Shown here piece by piece: positions 8,848-19,379 of a stretch of DNA of 64,000 nucleotides. The stretch is taken from positions 1-64,000 of the forward strand of contig CAJWLU010000001.1 of NCBI GenBank assembly GCA_913043225.1, read 5' to 3'. The notes beneath the pieces are model-generated. The model had not been told where the DNA came from, did no database searches, and saw only the letters and a list, made by a program, of their open reading frames with translations. Origin of the DNA: an uncultured Acidobacteriota bacterium. GTDB lineage: Bacteria > Acidobacteriota > Vicinamibacteria > Vicinamibacterales > UBA8438. The position numbers and the translations under genes were made by a program. The number at the start of each line of letters is the position of its first letter. Position 1 is the first letter of the stretch.

Positions 8848-11057
8848 ATGTATCGATCGTGGAAATTCGTTTTGTCGTCGTTGCTCTTTCTCTGGCTGTC
8901 CAGCGCCATCCCGGCGGTGGCTCAGACTGCGTCCTGGACCGGCACCATCACCGACGCCCAGGACCTCCCCTTGCCCGGCGTCTCTTTGGAGCTCCGTGAC
9001 CTGGACGACGGCTTCGTCGCCGGCACCACGACCGACCGCGACGGACGCTACGAGTTGCTGATTCCGGAAGGTTCGTATCGCCTGAGCGCTAGCCTGCTCG
9101 GCTTCGACACCCACCGCGTCACGGTCACGATCGCCAGTGGTGGGGACACCCTCGACATCCAGCTCGAGGTCGGAACCTTTGCCCAGGAGGTCGTGGTCTC
9201 GGCCACCATGCTCGAGCTGGCCCGCGAGTACGTGGTGTCGGCGCGAGTGGCCGAGCAGCGCGCCGTACAGGACATCGCCCAGCAGCTACGGACGGCACCT
9301 GGCCTTTCGGCCGTACGTCGAGGCCCGATCAATCTTGAGCCAACCGTACGAGGCCTACAGGAAACTCAGGTGGCCATGTTCGTCGATGGCACCCGGACCT
9401 ACTCGGCGGGACCAGCCCGCATGGATTCCGAGATCAGCCACGTCAGTCCGCACACCATCCAGCAAGTCCGCGTAGTGAAGGGCCCCTACGCGCTCACCTG
9501 GGGTCCGGGCGCGATGAGTGCGGTTCGTGTCGACACATTCCGGCCCGAGTTCTCGAGCGGCGACTTCGTGGTCGGCGGCCGCTTCGGCGGGAACTATATT
9601 CAGAGTGGGGAAAACCGAGACGGTTTCGCCGGCCTCTGGGGGAGCAACGACAAGACCCGCTTTGCCCTCTACCACAACACCCGGATCGGCAACGACTACG
9701 AGGACGGCGACGACAAGGTGATTCCGGGCGACTACAAGTCGTTCGATACGCGCTGGGCTTTCGGGTTCAAGCCAAATGCTGAGACTACGGTCGAGTATCT
9801 CGGCGGCCACCAGGAGCAGCGTGGCATTGATTACGCTGGCCGCATCCTCGACGCCTCGTTTTTCAAGACCTACTCCCACGCCGGAGAAGTCACGTGGCGC
9901 CCCCGGGACGGGTTCGTCGCCGAGATCTACGGCCAGGTCTACAGCAACCAGAAAGACCACCAGATGAACAACGACGAGAAGCCGACGGCCCGAGACATGC
10001 CTGGTCGCATGCCGCCGTTCGGCCTGCGGGTAGACTTCCCTACCTCGTCCGACGCCACGGGCGCGCGGTTCCACGTGCTGCTGGATCAGGGCGTGATCGA
10101 CCGGATGCGCGGTTGACCAACATGGGCGGCTACGCCCAGGTCATCTACGACTGGGGCGGCGGTCAACTGGGAGCCACGGCTCGCATCGACGCGCTCGACG
10201 CCTCGGCCGGGATGGTGTCGGACTTCTTCGCCACCAACACGACCGGTACGCTCGACCAGGCCGAGACGAACGTCAGCGCCGCCGTGAACCTGACGATCCC
10301 TGTAGGCGAGTCATTCGTCTTCACGACCGGCGGGGGACGTTCGGTGCGCAGCGCCACCGCCATCGAGCGCTATTCGGACCGGTTCCCGTCGACGAAGTTC
10401 CAGATCGCGGCCGAGTTCATGGGGAACCCGGCGCTCTCCCCGGAGGAGGCGCTCGAGATCAACTCGGGCGGTCTATTCCAGATAGGCCAGGCCACCGTCA
10501 ACGCCGACTTCTTCTACCGACTGATCGACAACTACATCACCGTGACGCCGGAGGCCTTGCTAACCAAGCGGTTGCCGTTGAGCCCGAGCACGGTCTTCCG
10601 CTACATCAATGGCGGCCAAGCCCGGTTCAGCGGCTTCGAACTGACGGCGAACTCCGGAGTAGGTCCCCACGCCACGCTCAGCGGCGCCCTGAGCTACATA
10701 CGGGCCGAGGACACACTGCTGAACGAGCCGGTGTTCGGCGTCGCGCCGCTCGAACAGCGCTACACCATCCAGGGCCATACCCGAGACCAGCAGCGCTGGG
10801 TGGAACTGGCCGTGACCGTGGTTGCGGAGCAGGACCGGATTGCCGTGACGCGCCTCGAACAGGCCACCGACGGCTGGGCCCGGATCGATCTGCGCGCCGG
10901 TCTGGCCATAGCCCACGGGATGTCGGCGCTGATCGGGGTGGAGAACCTGACCGACGCAACCTACGCCACGCACCTGAACGTGCTAAACCCGTTCACCCTG
11001 CAGCGCATCAACGAGATCGGCCGCAGTTACTACGCCGGTTGGGAGTGGGGGTTCTAG
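8848..11057 (+). pseudogene. TonB-dependent receptor, OprC/copper-receptor-like, split by frameshift/deletion near 10090-10101
   Basis: Signal peptide, carboxypeptidase-like N-domain and plug (RRGPINLEPTVRG..AGPARMDS) in 8848-10116; barrel resumes in another frame (PDARLTNMGG...) and ends with YYAGWEWGF. Confidence 0.85.
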
Positions 11058-11479
11058 GACCTGAGCTCGGGTAGCTCTTCGCCTTCAGGCACGAAGCGGA
11101 TGGCGACACCGTTGTTGCAGTACCGCTTTCCCGTGGGCTCTGGACCATCCGGAAAGACGTGGCCTTGGTGTCCGCCGCAGCGGGCACAGTGATACTCGGT
11201 GCGTGGCAGAATCAGCGCGAAGTCCCGTTTAAAGCCAAGGCGTCCGTCGATAGCATCGAAGAAGCTTGGCCAGCCGGTACCGCTCTCATACTTCAAGGCC
11301 GACTCGAAAAGTGGGAGATGACAGGCGGCGCACACAAAGGTCCCGGTTCGCTTCTCCTGATTCAGGCCGCTCGATCCGGGCGGCTCGGTGGCCTCCGTGA
11401 ACAGGACCGCGTAGGCGTCGTCCGACACCACTCCACGCCATTCGTCGACGGGTTTCTCCAGCCGTTCGATCTTGCTCAC
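11054..11479 (-). CDS. msrB: Peptide-methionine (R)-S-oxide reductase
   Basis: ATEPPG, CxxC, SGTGWPSF, CARCGGHQGHVFPDGP..RYCNNG; GGAGG SD before GTG at 11479. Confidence 0.95.
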   Translation of the reverse strand: MSKIERLEKPVDEWRGVVSDDAYAVLFTEATEPPGSSGLNQEKRTGTFVCAACHLPLFESALKYESGTGWPSFFDAIDGRLGFKRDFALILPRTEYHCARCGGHQGHVFPDGPEPTGKRYCNNGVAIRFVPEGEELPELRS

Positions 11480-11835
11480 CCTGCACCTCCGCCCCCGTCG
11501 CCAGCCCGACCCGGGACCGCAACGATGAGCATCCGCTGAGGATACCACCGCGCTTCGGTCGTTTCGGGAAGTCGCTACCCAAGGGACCAGTCCGGCGGCG
11601 TCGTGACAGCACTCGATGCGCAAACCGCAACCAGGTGGGAGCACCGCGACTCTCCAACCGGCGTGTCGCGCGGTCGCGATCTCAGCTACGATGGACTGGT
11701 AGCGGCGCTCTATATCCAACCAACGTCGCCGGGAACCTTGCTTCGACCAGCCCGGCGGACGTTCCAGAAGGAGTGCCTCCCACACCCTGGCGAATTGTGG
11801 CGACCAGGGACTCGAAGGCTGGATAGGCGATTCGG

Positions 11836-12552
11836 ATGGCAACCGTCGAACCGAACGAGCGGCCGGACGTGGATGTGAGCGCGGACGTCCGACAGGACAA
11901 ACCGCCGCGGCGGACTCCGTCGGTCGGCGCCTGGATGGTGCTGGGCGCGGCCGTGCTCTGGGCCGGCGTGATGCTGGTCACGGTAGGGCCGTTGGCCTCC
12001 CGGCCGAGCTCCGACGCGACCCTCTCGCTGGCTGAGGGCCCCGCGAACGACCGGTTCGCGCCAGCCGTCCCACCCCCGGTCGCATCAGAGCGTGCGGAAC
12101 CGGTCCGGGCCGGGCTGCTTGCCGTCGCCGACCGCAGCCCGGCCCCTGACTTCTCGCTACCCGATGCCGAAGGCGGCACCGCCACCATGGCGGACTACGA
12201 GAACCGTGTCCTACTGCTGAACTTCTGGGCCACCTGGTGTCAGCCGTGCAAGGCCGAAATGCCCTGGTTCGTAGCCTTCGAAGACGTCTTTTCCTCCGAG
12301 GGCTTCGCGGTTCTGGGAGTGTCGATCGACCAACCGGGGTGGGACATCGTGAGGCCCTTCCTCGAGGAACGACCGGTCAACTACCGCATCGCGCTCGCCG
12401 ATACCGCGGAGCGCGGAGCCCCCTTCGGCCCAATGACCATCCTGCCCACCACCTGGCTCATTGACCGCGAAGGCCGCATCGCCTCCGAACATATTGGCTT
12501 GGTAGACCGCGAGCTCCTGGAAAAGGAGATCCGACAGCTCCTCGCCGAATAG
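11836..12552 (+). CDS. Membrane-anchored TlpA/ResA-like thiol-disulfide oxidoreductase
   Basis: APDFSL, LLNFWATWCQPCKAEMP, PTT.LIDREG; N-terminal TM helix. Confidence 0.92.
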   Translation: MATVEPNERPDVDVSADVRQDKPPRRTPSVGAWMVLGAAVLWAGVMLVTVGPLASRPSSDATLSLAEGPANDRFAPAVPPPVASERAEPVRAGLLAVADRSPAPDFSLPDAEGGTATMADYENRVLLLNFWATWCQPCKAEMPWFVAFEDVFSSEGFAVLGVSIDQPGWDIVRPFLEERPVNYRIALADTAERGAPFGPMTILPTTWLIDREGRIASEHIGLVDRELLEKEIRQLLAE

Positions 12553-12581
12553 CGAGCGACAACTTCTGAGAAGAGAGGCTC

Positions 12582-13904
12582 GTGACCTATCAGATCGTGC
12601 ACGCCCGGATCGTCAACGAAGGGACGACCCACGAGGGGAGCCTCTCGGTCGAAAACGGAAGAATCGTCGGTATCGACACGGCACCACCTGCCGACGCTGA
12701 GGTCATCGACGCCGAGGGCGCCTACCTCCTCCCGGGCCTGATCGACGACCAGGTCCACTTTCGCGAACCAGGGTTCGAGCACAAAGCCACCATCGAGACC
12801 GAATCTCGGGCAGCCGTCGCGGGTGGTATCACCAGCTACATGGAGATGCCCAACACGAACCCGCAGACGGTAACGGCCGAGGCGATGGTCGACAAACACG
12901 CGCGGGCCGCGGCCCGCTCGATGGCCAACTACAGTTTCTTCTTCGGCGCGAGCAACGACAATCTCGAGGAGGTCAAACGTGTCGACCCCGCCCTCGCCTG
13001 CGGGGTCAAGGTCTTCATGGGATCGAGCACCGGCAACATGCTGGTCGACGACGAAACGGTCCTCGACGGCATCTTCTCGTCAACACCGCTCGTCATCGCC
13101 ACCCACTGCGAGCACACGCCGACCGTTAAGGCAAACGAAGCGGCTGCTCGGGAACGGTTTAGCGACACCATCCCGTTCAGCGAGCACCCCGTCATCAGAT
13201 CGGTCGAGGCGTGTTATCGCTCGTCGAGTCTCGCCGTCGAGCTGGCCCACCGTCATGGCGCGCGACTGCACGTGCTCCACATCACGACGGCCCGCGAGCT
13301 GGAGCTGTTCACTCCTGGCCCGGTGGCTGACAAGCGGATCACGGCCGAGGCCTGTGTGCACCACCTCTTCTTCGACGACACCGCCTATCCGACGCACGGG
13401 TCACACGTGGTGTGCAATCCGGCGATCAAGACCGCTGCGGACCGCGCCGCGCTATGGAAGGCTGTCGGTGACGACCGGATCGACGTCATTGCCTCCGACC
13501 ACGCGCCGCACACACTCAAGGAGAAAGCCGGCCCGTACGGTTCGGCTCCGGCTGGCCTCCCAATGGTGCAGCATTCGCTACTCACGCTCTTCGAGCATGT
13601 GGCACTGGGACGGTTCACCGTTGAACAGGTGGTGCAGAAGACTGCACATGCCCCAGCAACACTGTTCGGGATTCGTGACCGCGGCTATCTGCGACCCGGA
13701 TACTGGGCCGATCTGGTGCTCCTCGATCCGCACTCGCCCACCCCGGCTGACGCTCCGCTCCACGCCAAATGCGGCTGGTCGCCGTTTGCCGGCATAACCT
13801 TCAACTCCCGGGTCAGGATGACCTGGGTCAATGGGGAGCTGCGGTATCAGGACGGTCGGTTCCTCCCGGGCTCGGGAGGCCGTCGCCTGGAGTTCGACCG
13901 ATGA
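12582..13904 (+). CDS. pyrC: Dihydroorotase
   Basis: DDQVHFREPG, EMPNT, KVFMGSSTG, CNPAIK, SDHAPH, KCGWSPF. Confidence 0.93.
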   Translation: MTYQIVHARIVNEGTTHEGSLSVENGRIVGIDTAPPADAEVIDAEGAYLLPGLIDDQVHFREPGFEHKATIETESRAAVAGGITSYMEMPNTNPQTVTAEAMVDKHARAAARSMANYSFFFGASNDNLEEVKRVDPALACGVKVFMGSSTGNMLVDDETVLDGIFSSTPLVIATHCEHTPTVKANEAAARERFSDTIPFSEHPVIRSVEACYRSSSLAVELAHRHGARLHVLHITTARELELFTPGPVADKRITAEACVHHLFFDDTAYPTHGSHVVCNPAIKTAADRAALWKAVGDDRIDVIASDHAPHTLKEKAGPYGSAPAGLPMVQHSLLTLFEHVALGRFTVEQVVQKTAHAPATLFGIRDRGYLRPGYWADLVLLDPHSPTPADAPLHAKCGWSPFAGITFNSRVRMTWVNGELRYQDGRFLPGSGGRRLEFDR

Positions 13905-14956
13905 CACTGAAGAAAATTTCAATCGCCGGCACCGGACTTCTGATGGCGCTGGCCGGTGCCGCGTACGTCTATCGGGCCGACATCGGTCTTGTAGTAATGG
14001 CGGTATTGATCGCCCCGGGTCACGGATTCGACGACGTCCCGCCCCCTCAAGCGCCGGATTATGCCAACCCTAACCACTGGGCCGCACTGCCGGATCGGCA
14101 GGACCTGGCCGACGCGGTCCCGCCCGGCGGCACCGACCAGCAGGCCGACGCCCGGGTCGATGTCTTTTTCCTACACCCCACCACCTACGTCACCTCGGAC
14201 GGCTGGAACCAGCCGCTTGAGGACGACGCCACCAACCAGTCCACCGACGAGGCGGTCATGCGTGGACAGGCGAGCGCCTTCAACGCCTGCTGTCGGGTGT
14301 TCGCTCCTCGGTATCGCCAGGCGACTCTCGCCGCCTTCTTCGACCAGAACGGGCACGGCCCCCGCGCCCTCGACCTGGCCTATCAGGACGTGGTCGCCGC
14401 GTTCCGTTATTTCATTGACGAGTTGAACGAGGGACGTCCGTTCATCCTGGCGGGCCATAGCCAAGGGTCTCGCCACGCGGACCTCCTACTGGCCGAGCAG
14501 ATCGTCGGAACCCCTGTGGCGAACCGACTTGTCGCCGCCTACCCGGTCGGCTTCGAGATCGACGGAAGCAACGGCCTTCCGGTCTGCACCGCACCCACCC
14601 AGACCGGCTGCCAGGTCACCTGGAACACCGTGGGGCCACGGGCGGGGGCGCTCTTTGCGTCCCCAGCCAACATCTGTGTCAATCCGCTGACCTGGGCGGC
14701 CGACGGCGCAGCCGCGCCGCACGACCTTAACCTGGGCGCCGTCAACTTTGACGGCGACGCGAGCTACGAGCAGGGCGCCGCTGACGCCCAGTGCGTCGAT
14801 GATGGACGGCTGCTGGTCTCCGATATCCGCTCGAACCGCTACACGCAGCGGCCGCTCGGCCGCGACAACTACCACATCTACGACTACGCGCTGTTCTACG
14901 TGAACGTCCGGCAGAACGCGCAGGCACGGGTCGAGGCCTTCCTCGCCGCTCGCTAA
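13901..14956 (+). CDS. DUF3089-family alpha/beta hydrolase
   Basis: PDYA..WAALP, DVFFLHPTT, FAPRYRQA, AGHSQG, CVNPL, YHIYDY; ATGA overlap with pyrC. Confidence 0.88.
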   Translation: MTLKKISIAGTGLLMALAGAAYVYRADIGLVVMAVLIAPGHGFDDVPPPQAPDYANPNHWAALPDRQDLADAVPPGGTDQQADARVDVFFLHPTTYVTSDGWNQPLEDDATNQSTDEAVMRGQASAFNACCRVFAPRYRQATLAAFFDQNGHGPRALDLAYQDVVAAFRYFIDELNEGRPFILAGHSQGSRHADLLLAEQIVGTPVANRLVAAYPVGFEIDGSNGLPVCTAPTQTGCQVTWNTVGPRAGALFASPANICVNPLTWAADGAAAPHDLNLGAVNFDGDASYEQGAADAQCVDDGRLLVSDIRSNRYTQRPLGRDNYHIYDYALFYVNVRQNAQARVEAFLAAR

Positions 14957-14962
14957 CCCCCA

Positions 14963-15078
14963 AGAAAGACAAGAGACGGCGCGGTTCGGCCAGCTTGGCG
15001 CAAGACGCACGGCCGGAGAAACCGCGAGCGCCAGAAAGGAAAGAAACGGCGCGGCAAGGTGGACGACCTCGCCGCGCC
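14963..15078. terminator. Tandem 22-bp direct repeat, each copy opening a hairpin; second hairpin is a probable terminator for the minus-strand gene
   Basis: AGAAAGACAAGAGACGGCGCGG (14963) vs AGAAAGGAAAGAAACGGCGCGG (15033), 19/22 identical; stem GGCGCGGCAAGGT/ACCTCGCCGCGCC. Confidence 0.55.
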
Positions 15079-15100
15079 CGGAGTGTAGTGGACGGAGTCT

Positions 15101-15592
15101 CTAGATCCCGGATTCCATGCGAACGGTGATGGTCTCGCACAGCCCCTCGATCGTGCGATGCTCATCGTCGCCGATCTGCACGCTGAAGGTGTACTCCCCG
15201 TCCTCGAGGGTCATCTCCATGCCGTCAGAGCCGTCCCCGAAGTGAACCCAAGGATCGGCAGCCGGAATGATCTCGCCAGCCGGCAGGCACTCGGTGTTGA
15301 CACCTAGGTGGTAGTGCCCCATGCCTCCGCGAGGATTGCTCGGATCATCAGGCACCGGGCTAATCGCGAAGTTCTCGCTACCGAACGTGAACCCCAGAGG
15401 CAGTTCGGTTGGGTGGTCCGTCTCGTTCCGCGGCGCCACGAAGAACACTCGCGGGGTCCCGGTCGGCTCTTCGGCCGCGGCAGGCTCGGCATCGGCTCCA
15501 CCGGCAGGCTCGGCGTCGCCGCCTCCTCCGCACGCCATCGCACTAATAGTCAACAGCGCAACCAGAGCCGTTATCCCGTTCCGTTTCAACAT
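15101..15592 (-). CDS. DUF4399-domain lipoprotein
   Basis: Lipobox AMAC; RVFFVAP, GHYHL, CLPAG.IIP, WVHFGDG, IGDDEH. Confidence 0.82.
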   Translation of the reverse strand: MLKRNGITALVALLTISAMACGGGGDAEPAGGADAEPAAAEEPTGTPRVFFVAPRNETDHPTELPLGFTFGSENFAISPVPDDPSNPRGGMGHYHLGVNTECLPAGEIIPAADPWVHFGDGSDGMEMTLEDGEYTFSVQIGDDEHRTIEGLCETITVRMESGI

Positions 15593-15718
15593 CGATCCTT
15601 CTTCGAACACGTAGCCTCTCCTTCCGCTCAACTCGGTCACTAGATCAAACTCAACAGTAATCTTGCAACATTCGTCCAGGTCTGTCGACGCCAATGCCAG
15701 GCTCACCCCAATGCTGGA

Positions 15719-16171
15719 CTAGGTCGGCCGATAGGCCAGCACCAGACCGGCACCCGCCGCCGCCATCACGATGCCGATAAAGAAGATGGGCGAGGGGCTG
15801 TTCTGCGGGGGATTGTAGAGCATAGCTACGAACACGCTCACGACCGGGGCCCCAGCGAAGACCAGGGGCGGAACCACGTTGGGCTGGCCGCCGTTAATGA
15901 GGGCGAAGACGATGCCAAGTGCCCCCAACGCGCCTAGCACCCCCGCACCAAAGGTAAAGGCCATCCCGGTCGACGAGAACAGGTCCCAGCTGCCCGCCCG
16001 CGCGATAATCGTGCCCGGAATCAAGATGGCCACCAACAGATAGGCCAGCCCGACCATCAGGAAGGCGTGCACACCGCTGCCTCCCAGCCCGACCTGCCCT
16101 TTGTGCAAGGTCGGGATATAGGTGCCCCAGCTAAACACAGTCAGCAAGACAAACGGCAACCAGCTACGCAT
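15719..16171 (-). CDS. Small multi-pass membrane protein (EamA/DMT-like)
   Basis: About 5 hydrophobic segments; SWG.Y.P.LH, VPPLVFAGAPVV. Confidence 0.75.
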   Translation of the reverse strand: MRSWLPFVLLTVFSWGTYIPTLHKGQVGLGGSGVHAFLMVGLAYLLVAILIPGTIIARAGSWDLFSSTGMAFTFGAGVLGALGALGIVFALINGGQPNVVPPLVFAGAPVVSVFVAMLYNPPQNSPSPIFFIGIVMAAAGAGLVLAYRPT

Positions 16172-16250
16172 CGAGTTCTCCTTTGGCGGCGAGACCACCC
16201 GTCGGCGGCGACGAGCGGGAACGGCAAACGCCGTATTGTATCGTAGGCAC

Positions 16251-16742
16251 GTGCGCCGGCATCGAAGCCTCGTCCCGCTCTCGCACGAGCATCACGACAT
16301 ACTCGTGGTCGCCCAGGGACTGATTCGCGGCCGGTCCCCGGCCCCTCACTCCGACTGGCCACCGGTGCGTCGGGGCCAAGTCGGCCGCGTGCTCGACTTC
16401 TTCGACCAAGTGCTTGCACCCCATTTCGATTTCGAAGAACAGGTGCTATTCCCACTCGCCGAACGTGAGCTGCTCCGAGCCGCTCCCCTGCTGGCGGCAC
16501 TCGTCCGCGAACACGACGAAGTTCGCTCGCACCTCGCCACGCTCCGCGCCAACCCGACCCACGACCTCGACCTCCGTCTTCCCGCGCTAGGCCGCCTCCT
16601 TGAAAGCCACGTCCGTCAAGAGGAGCGGGTGCTGTTCGAGAGCCTGCAACGGGAGCTCTCGGAGGACATCCTGAACAGCATCGGCAGCGAGCTACGGGCA
16701 CGTCCAACGTCTGGACCGTCCTGCCAGCCGAGACAGCCCTAG
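16251..16742 (+). CDS. Hemerythrin-like (HHE) domain protein
   Basis: LVPLSHEHH, HFDFEEQVLFP, EH, HVRQEERVLF. Confidence 0.85.
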   Translation: MRRHRSLVPLSHEHHDILVVAQGLIRGRSPAPHSDWPPVRRGQVGRVLDFFDQVLAPHFDFEEQVLFPLAERELLRAAPLLAALVREHDEVRSHLATLRANPTHDLDLRLPALGRLLESHVRQEERVLFESLQRELSEDILNSIGSELRARPTSGPSCQPRQP

Positions 16743-16745
16743 CGT

Positions 16746-19379
16746 CTACGGCGACTGGGCATCAGCCACCCGATAGAGCAGGTCGGCCGACTGCAAGATC
16801 TTCTGACGCAGCCGCACCGGGTAGAACGGGCGGCTATCGAGGAACTCCCGCACTGTGGCAGCCGCCTCGGGCGACCGATGCCCCCTCAGCGTCGCACCCA
16901 CCCAGCCGGCGGGAAAAAAGATGTCACCGGTCTGCTGGATCTCCTCGAGCAGTTCCAGCGCCGGGAGAATGAACCGCCGGGCGTGTTCAGCCCGGGTCGG
17001 GTGGTGGAGGTGGTCCAACCCGGAGAGGACCCAGGGCTCCCGCTCCCGGTTCGCCGGATCCCCCAGTGACTCAAAGAACCCCGCCCGAGTCTCCGGATTG
17101 GCCGCAAGGGCCGGACGGATGAACCGGAATCGCGCCAGGCGGTCGGGGTTCTCGATGCGAGCCTCCTGCCGGTCGAGGATAGCCGCAGCGTCTTCCACCT
17201 CCCGCACCGCCAGGCCCTCGGCCAGCGCGATGAAGTCCGGCTCGGCCAGCGACACGCCCGGCACCTCTTCCTCGCCCGCCCAGATCCGGCGCATCCGGCC
17301 GACCGCAGCGGGACTGGTGGCCAGCCTCCGCCAGGCGCCGAAATACGCGGCCTGAATGGTCGGCGCGGTCCCCGTTGTCACCCCAGCCCACAGGGTGCGC
17401 TCCAACGCGTCCGCCCAACGCTCCCGACCGGCTTGGTCCATCAGGCGCCAGTAGGTGGTGCGGAGGTAGGTCAAGAGCCGCTGGGTGTTCTGCTCTACCG
17501 GTTCCGCTTCGAGGCCCGTGAGCAGCAGCGCCAGCCATGCCTCCGGCTCAACGTCGCCTGCGAGCACCGCCTCCCAGAGGTTCGCCCAGCCGACGCCGCG
17601 CACCAGCGGTTCGTCGAGAGCCGGCAGGTTCTCGAGCAGGTACTCCCGGCTGTCCCGATCGAGTCGAAACCAGCCGTACTCGAGGCCGGCGCCATTCGGG
17701 AGCAGGAAGCGGGGCCTGGGATGCCCGGCCAGCGCATCCACCTCGACGCGGGGCGCATCCAGCAACACCGGAATACGTTCGAGTCCGTCGTCGTAGCCGG
17801 CAAGCAACAAAAGCTCCTGTGGCCACACTCGGCCACCCTCGGCCGGATCCACCTGCACCACCTCAACCTGCGTGGGGACGTCTGTCCCGGCACCCAGTCC
17901 CTGGACTTCGATCCGGGGCCGACCCGGCTCGTCGACCCACACCCGACTCCAGGCCGCCAGATCAAGTTCGGTGCGACGATCGAGCAGCTCCACCAGCTGC
18001 GTCCAGGCGGCGTTGCCGTACCTAAATCGGTCCAGATACTCCCTAAGCCCGTCCCGAAGCACGGTTTCCCCGAGCAACTGCTCGAGGTGGCGCATGACGA
18101 TCGGCGCCTTCTGATAGATGATCGGCCCATACAGTGCACCGGCCTCGTTTAGATTGTCGAGCGGCTGACGGATGGAGTTCGCGCCGGCGGTGCGATCCAC
18201 CCCGTAGGCGGTATCGTGGTGCGCTAGAAAGAACCGCAGATCGTGGCGGATGTGCGGGAACGTGGGATGGACGATCTTCGCCGCCATGAAATTAGCGAAC
18301 ACCTCCTTGGTCCACACATCATCGAACCAGTTCATCGTCACCAGATCTCCGAACCACATGTGGGCCGTCTCGTGAGCAATCAGACTTGCCCGCGACAGGA
18401 TCTGCGACTGGGTGGCTGACTCGTCGAGAAAGAGGCTGCCTTCGCGGTAGAAGATGGCCCCAGGATGCTCCATGCCCCCGTACTGAAACGGCGGGATCAG
18501 GGCAAAATCGAATTTCTCGAACGGATAGTCAATCCCCGTGTAGTCCTCGAGCCACGCTAGGGCCGAGGCATGCAAGTCGAAGACCGCGTCTCGGTTCCGG
18601 GCGACCTTCTCCTGGTCAGTCTCCCGGTGCAGCATCCGCATCCGCCGACCGTCCAGCTCCGCCTCCTCGACCTGAAAGGCGCCCACGGCGAACGCGAACA
18701 GATAGGTGGGCAAGGGTGCGGTCTCGGCAAACTCCCATCTGATTTCACCCGGGGCTGGTCCGCTGGCGTCTGCGTCGACACCTTCCCGACGTGCCCCGTT
18801 GGACACCGCGACCCAGTCCGACGGAATGTCAAGCGTCAGCGAGAACCGCGCCTTGAGATTCGGTTGATCGAACAGCGGCAGCGAGAAATGGGCTCGGTCT
18901 GGCACGAACAGGGTATAGAGGAACTCGTCGTTGCGATTGAGCGCCCCATCGCCCACCTCGAATTCCAAGCGCACGATGTTCACGCCGTCTGGCGTGAGCG
19001 ACGTCGCCGGCACGACCAGATGGTCATATTCAGCACGCCAAGCGCTCTCGGCGTCGTTCACACTGACGGCTCGCACCCGAGCGCCGGGCTCCTGAAAATC
19101 GACGACTAGGTCCCGTCGGACGGGATCAGACCATCGCAGCTCGATGTCGACGGCGCCGAAGAGAGGGACTGACCGCTCGGGGGGAACCCTGAGGTGGTAG
19201 CGATAGCGCACGTCAGACACCGTGGCGGCCCGCTGCTCCGCCAGCCACCAAGGCACGCCCTCTTCAATCGGCATCGGTAACGGTTCAGAGGCACATGCCG
19301 GCACGAGCGCCAGGGCCAGGAAAAGACCGGTGGCGAGCGTCGCACGCCCGGTGGTTCGACTCACGGGATCAGGACGCAT
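16746..19379 (-). CDS. pepN: M1 family aminopeptidase (probable lipoprotein)
   Basis: GGMEH, AHETAHMWFGDLVT..W..E (HExxH-x18-E), IIYQKAP; ERAP1-like C-domain. Confidence 0.93.
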   Translation of the reverse strand: MRPDPVSRTTGRATLATGLFLALALVPACASEPLPMPIEEGVPWWLAEQRAATVSDVRYRYHLRVPPERSVPLFGAVDIELRWSDPVRRDLVVDFQEPGARVRAVSVNDAESAWRAEYDHLVVPATSLTPDGVNIVRLEFEVGDGALNRNDEFLYTLFVPDRAHFSLPLFDQPNLKARFSLTLDIPSDWVAVSNGARREGVDADASGPAPGEIRWEFAETAPLPTYLFAFAVGAFQVEEAELDGRRMRMLHRETDQEKVARNRDAVFDLHASALAWLEDYTGIDYPFEKFDFALIPPFQYGGMEHPGAIFYREGSLFLDESATQSQILSRASLIAHETAHMWFGDLVTMNWFDDVWTKEVFANFMAAKIVHPTFPHIRHDLRFFLAHHDTAYGVDRTAGANSIRQPLDNLNEAGALYGPIIYQKAPIVMRHLEQLLGETVLRDGLREYLDRFRYGNAAWTQLVELLDRRTELDLAAWSRVWVDEPGRPRIEVQGLGAGTDVPTQVEVVQVDPAEGGRVWPQELLLLAGYDDGLERIPVLLDAPRVEVDALAGHPRPRFLLPNGAGLEYGWFRLDRDSREYLLENLPALDEPLVRGVGWANLWEAVLAGDVEPEAWLALLLTGLEAEPVEQNTQRLLTYLRTTYWRLMDQAGRERWADALERTLWAGVTTGTAPTIQAAYFGAWRRLATSPAAVGRMRRIWAGEEEVPGVSLAEPDFIALAEGLAVREVEDAAAILDRQEARIENPDRLARFRFIRPALAANPETRAGFFESLGDPANREREPWVLSGLDHLHHPTRAEHARRFILPALELLEEIQQTGDIFFPAGWVGATLRGHRSPEAAATVREFLDSRPFYPVRLRQKILQSADLLYRVADAQSP

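Noticed and set aside
10080..10125. Programmed frameshift in the TonB receptor
   Set aside because: There is no slippery heptamer or homopolymer at the junction; a deletion or assembly error fits better.
11480..11842. Extended MsrB N-terminus
   Set aside because: Low-complexity, non-homologous text; a good SD precedes GTG at 11479.
12740..12775. DDQVH instead of DxHxH in dihydroorotase
   Set aside because: Known variant in this DHOase subfamily; not evidence of inactivation.
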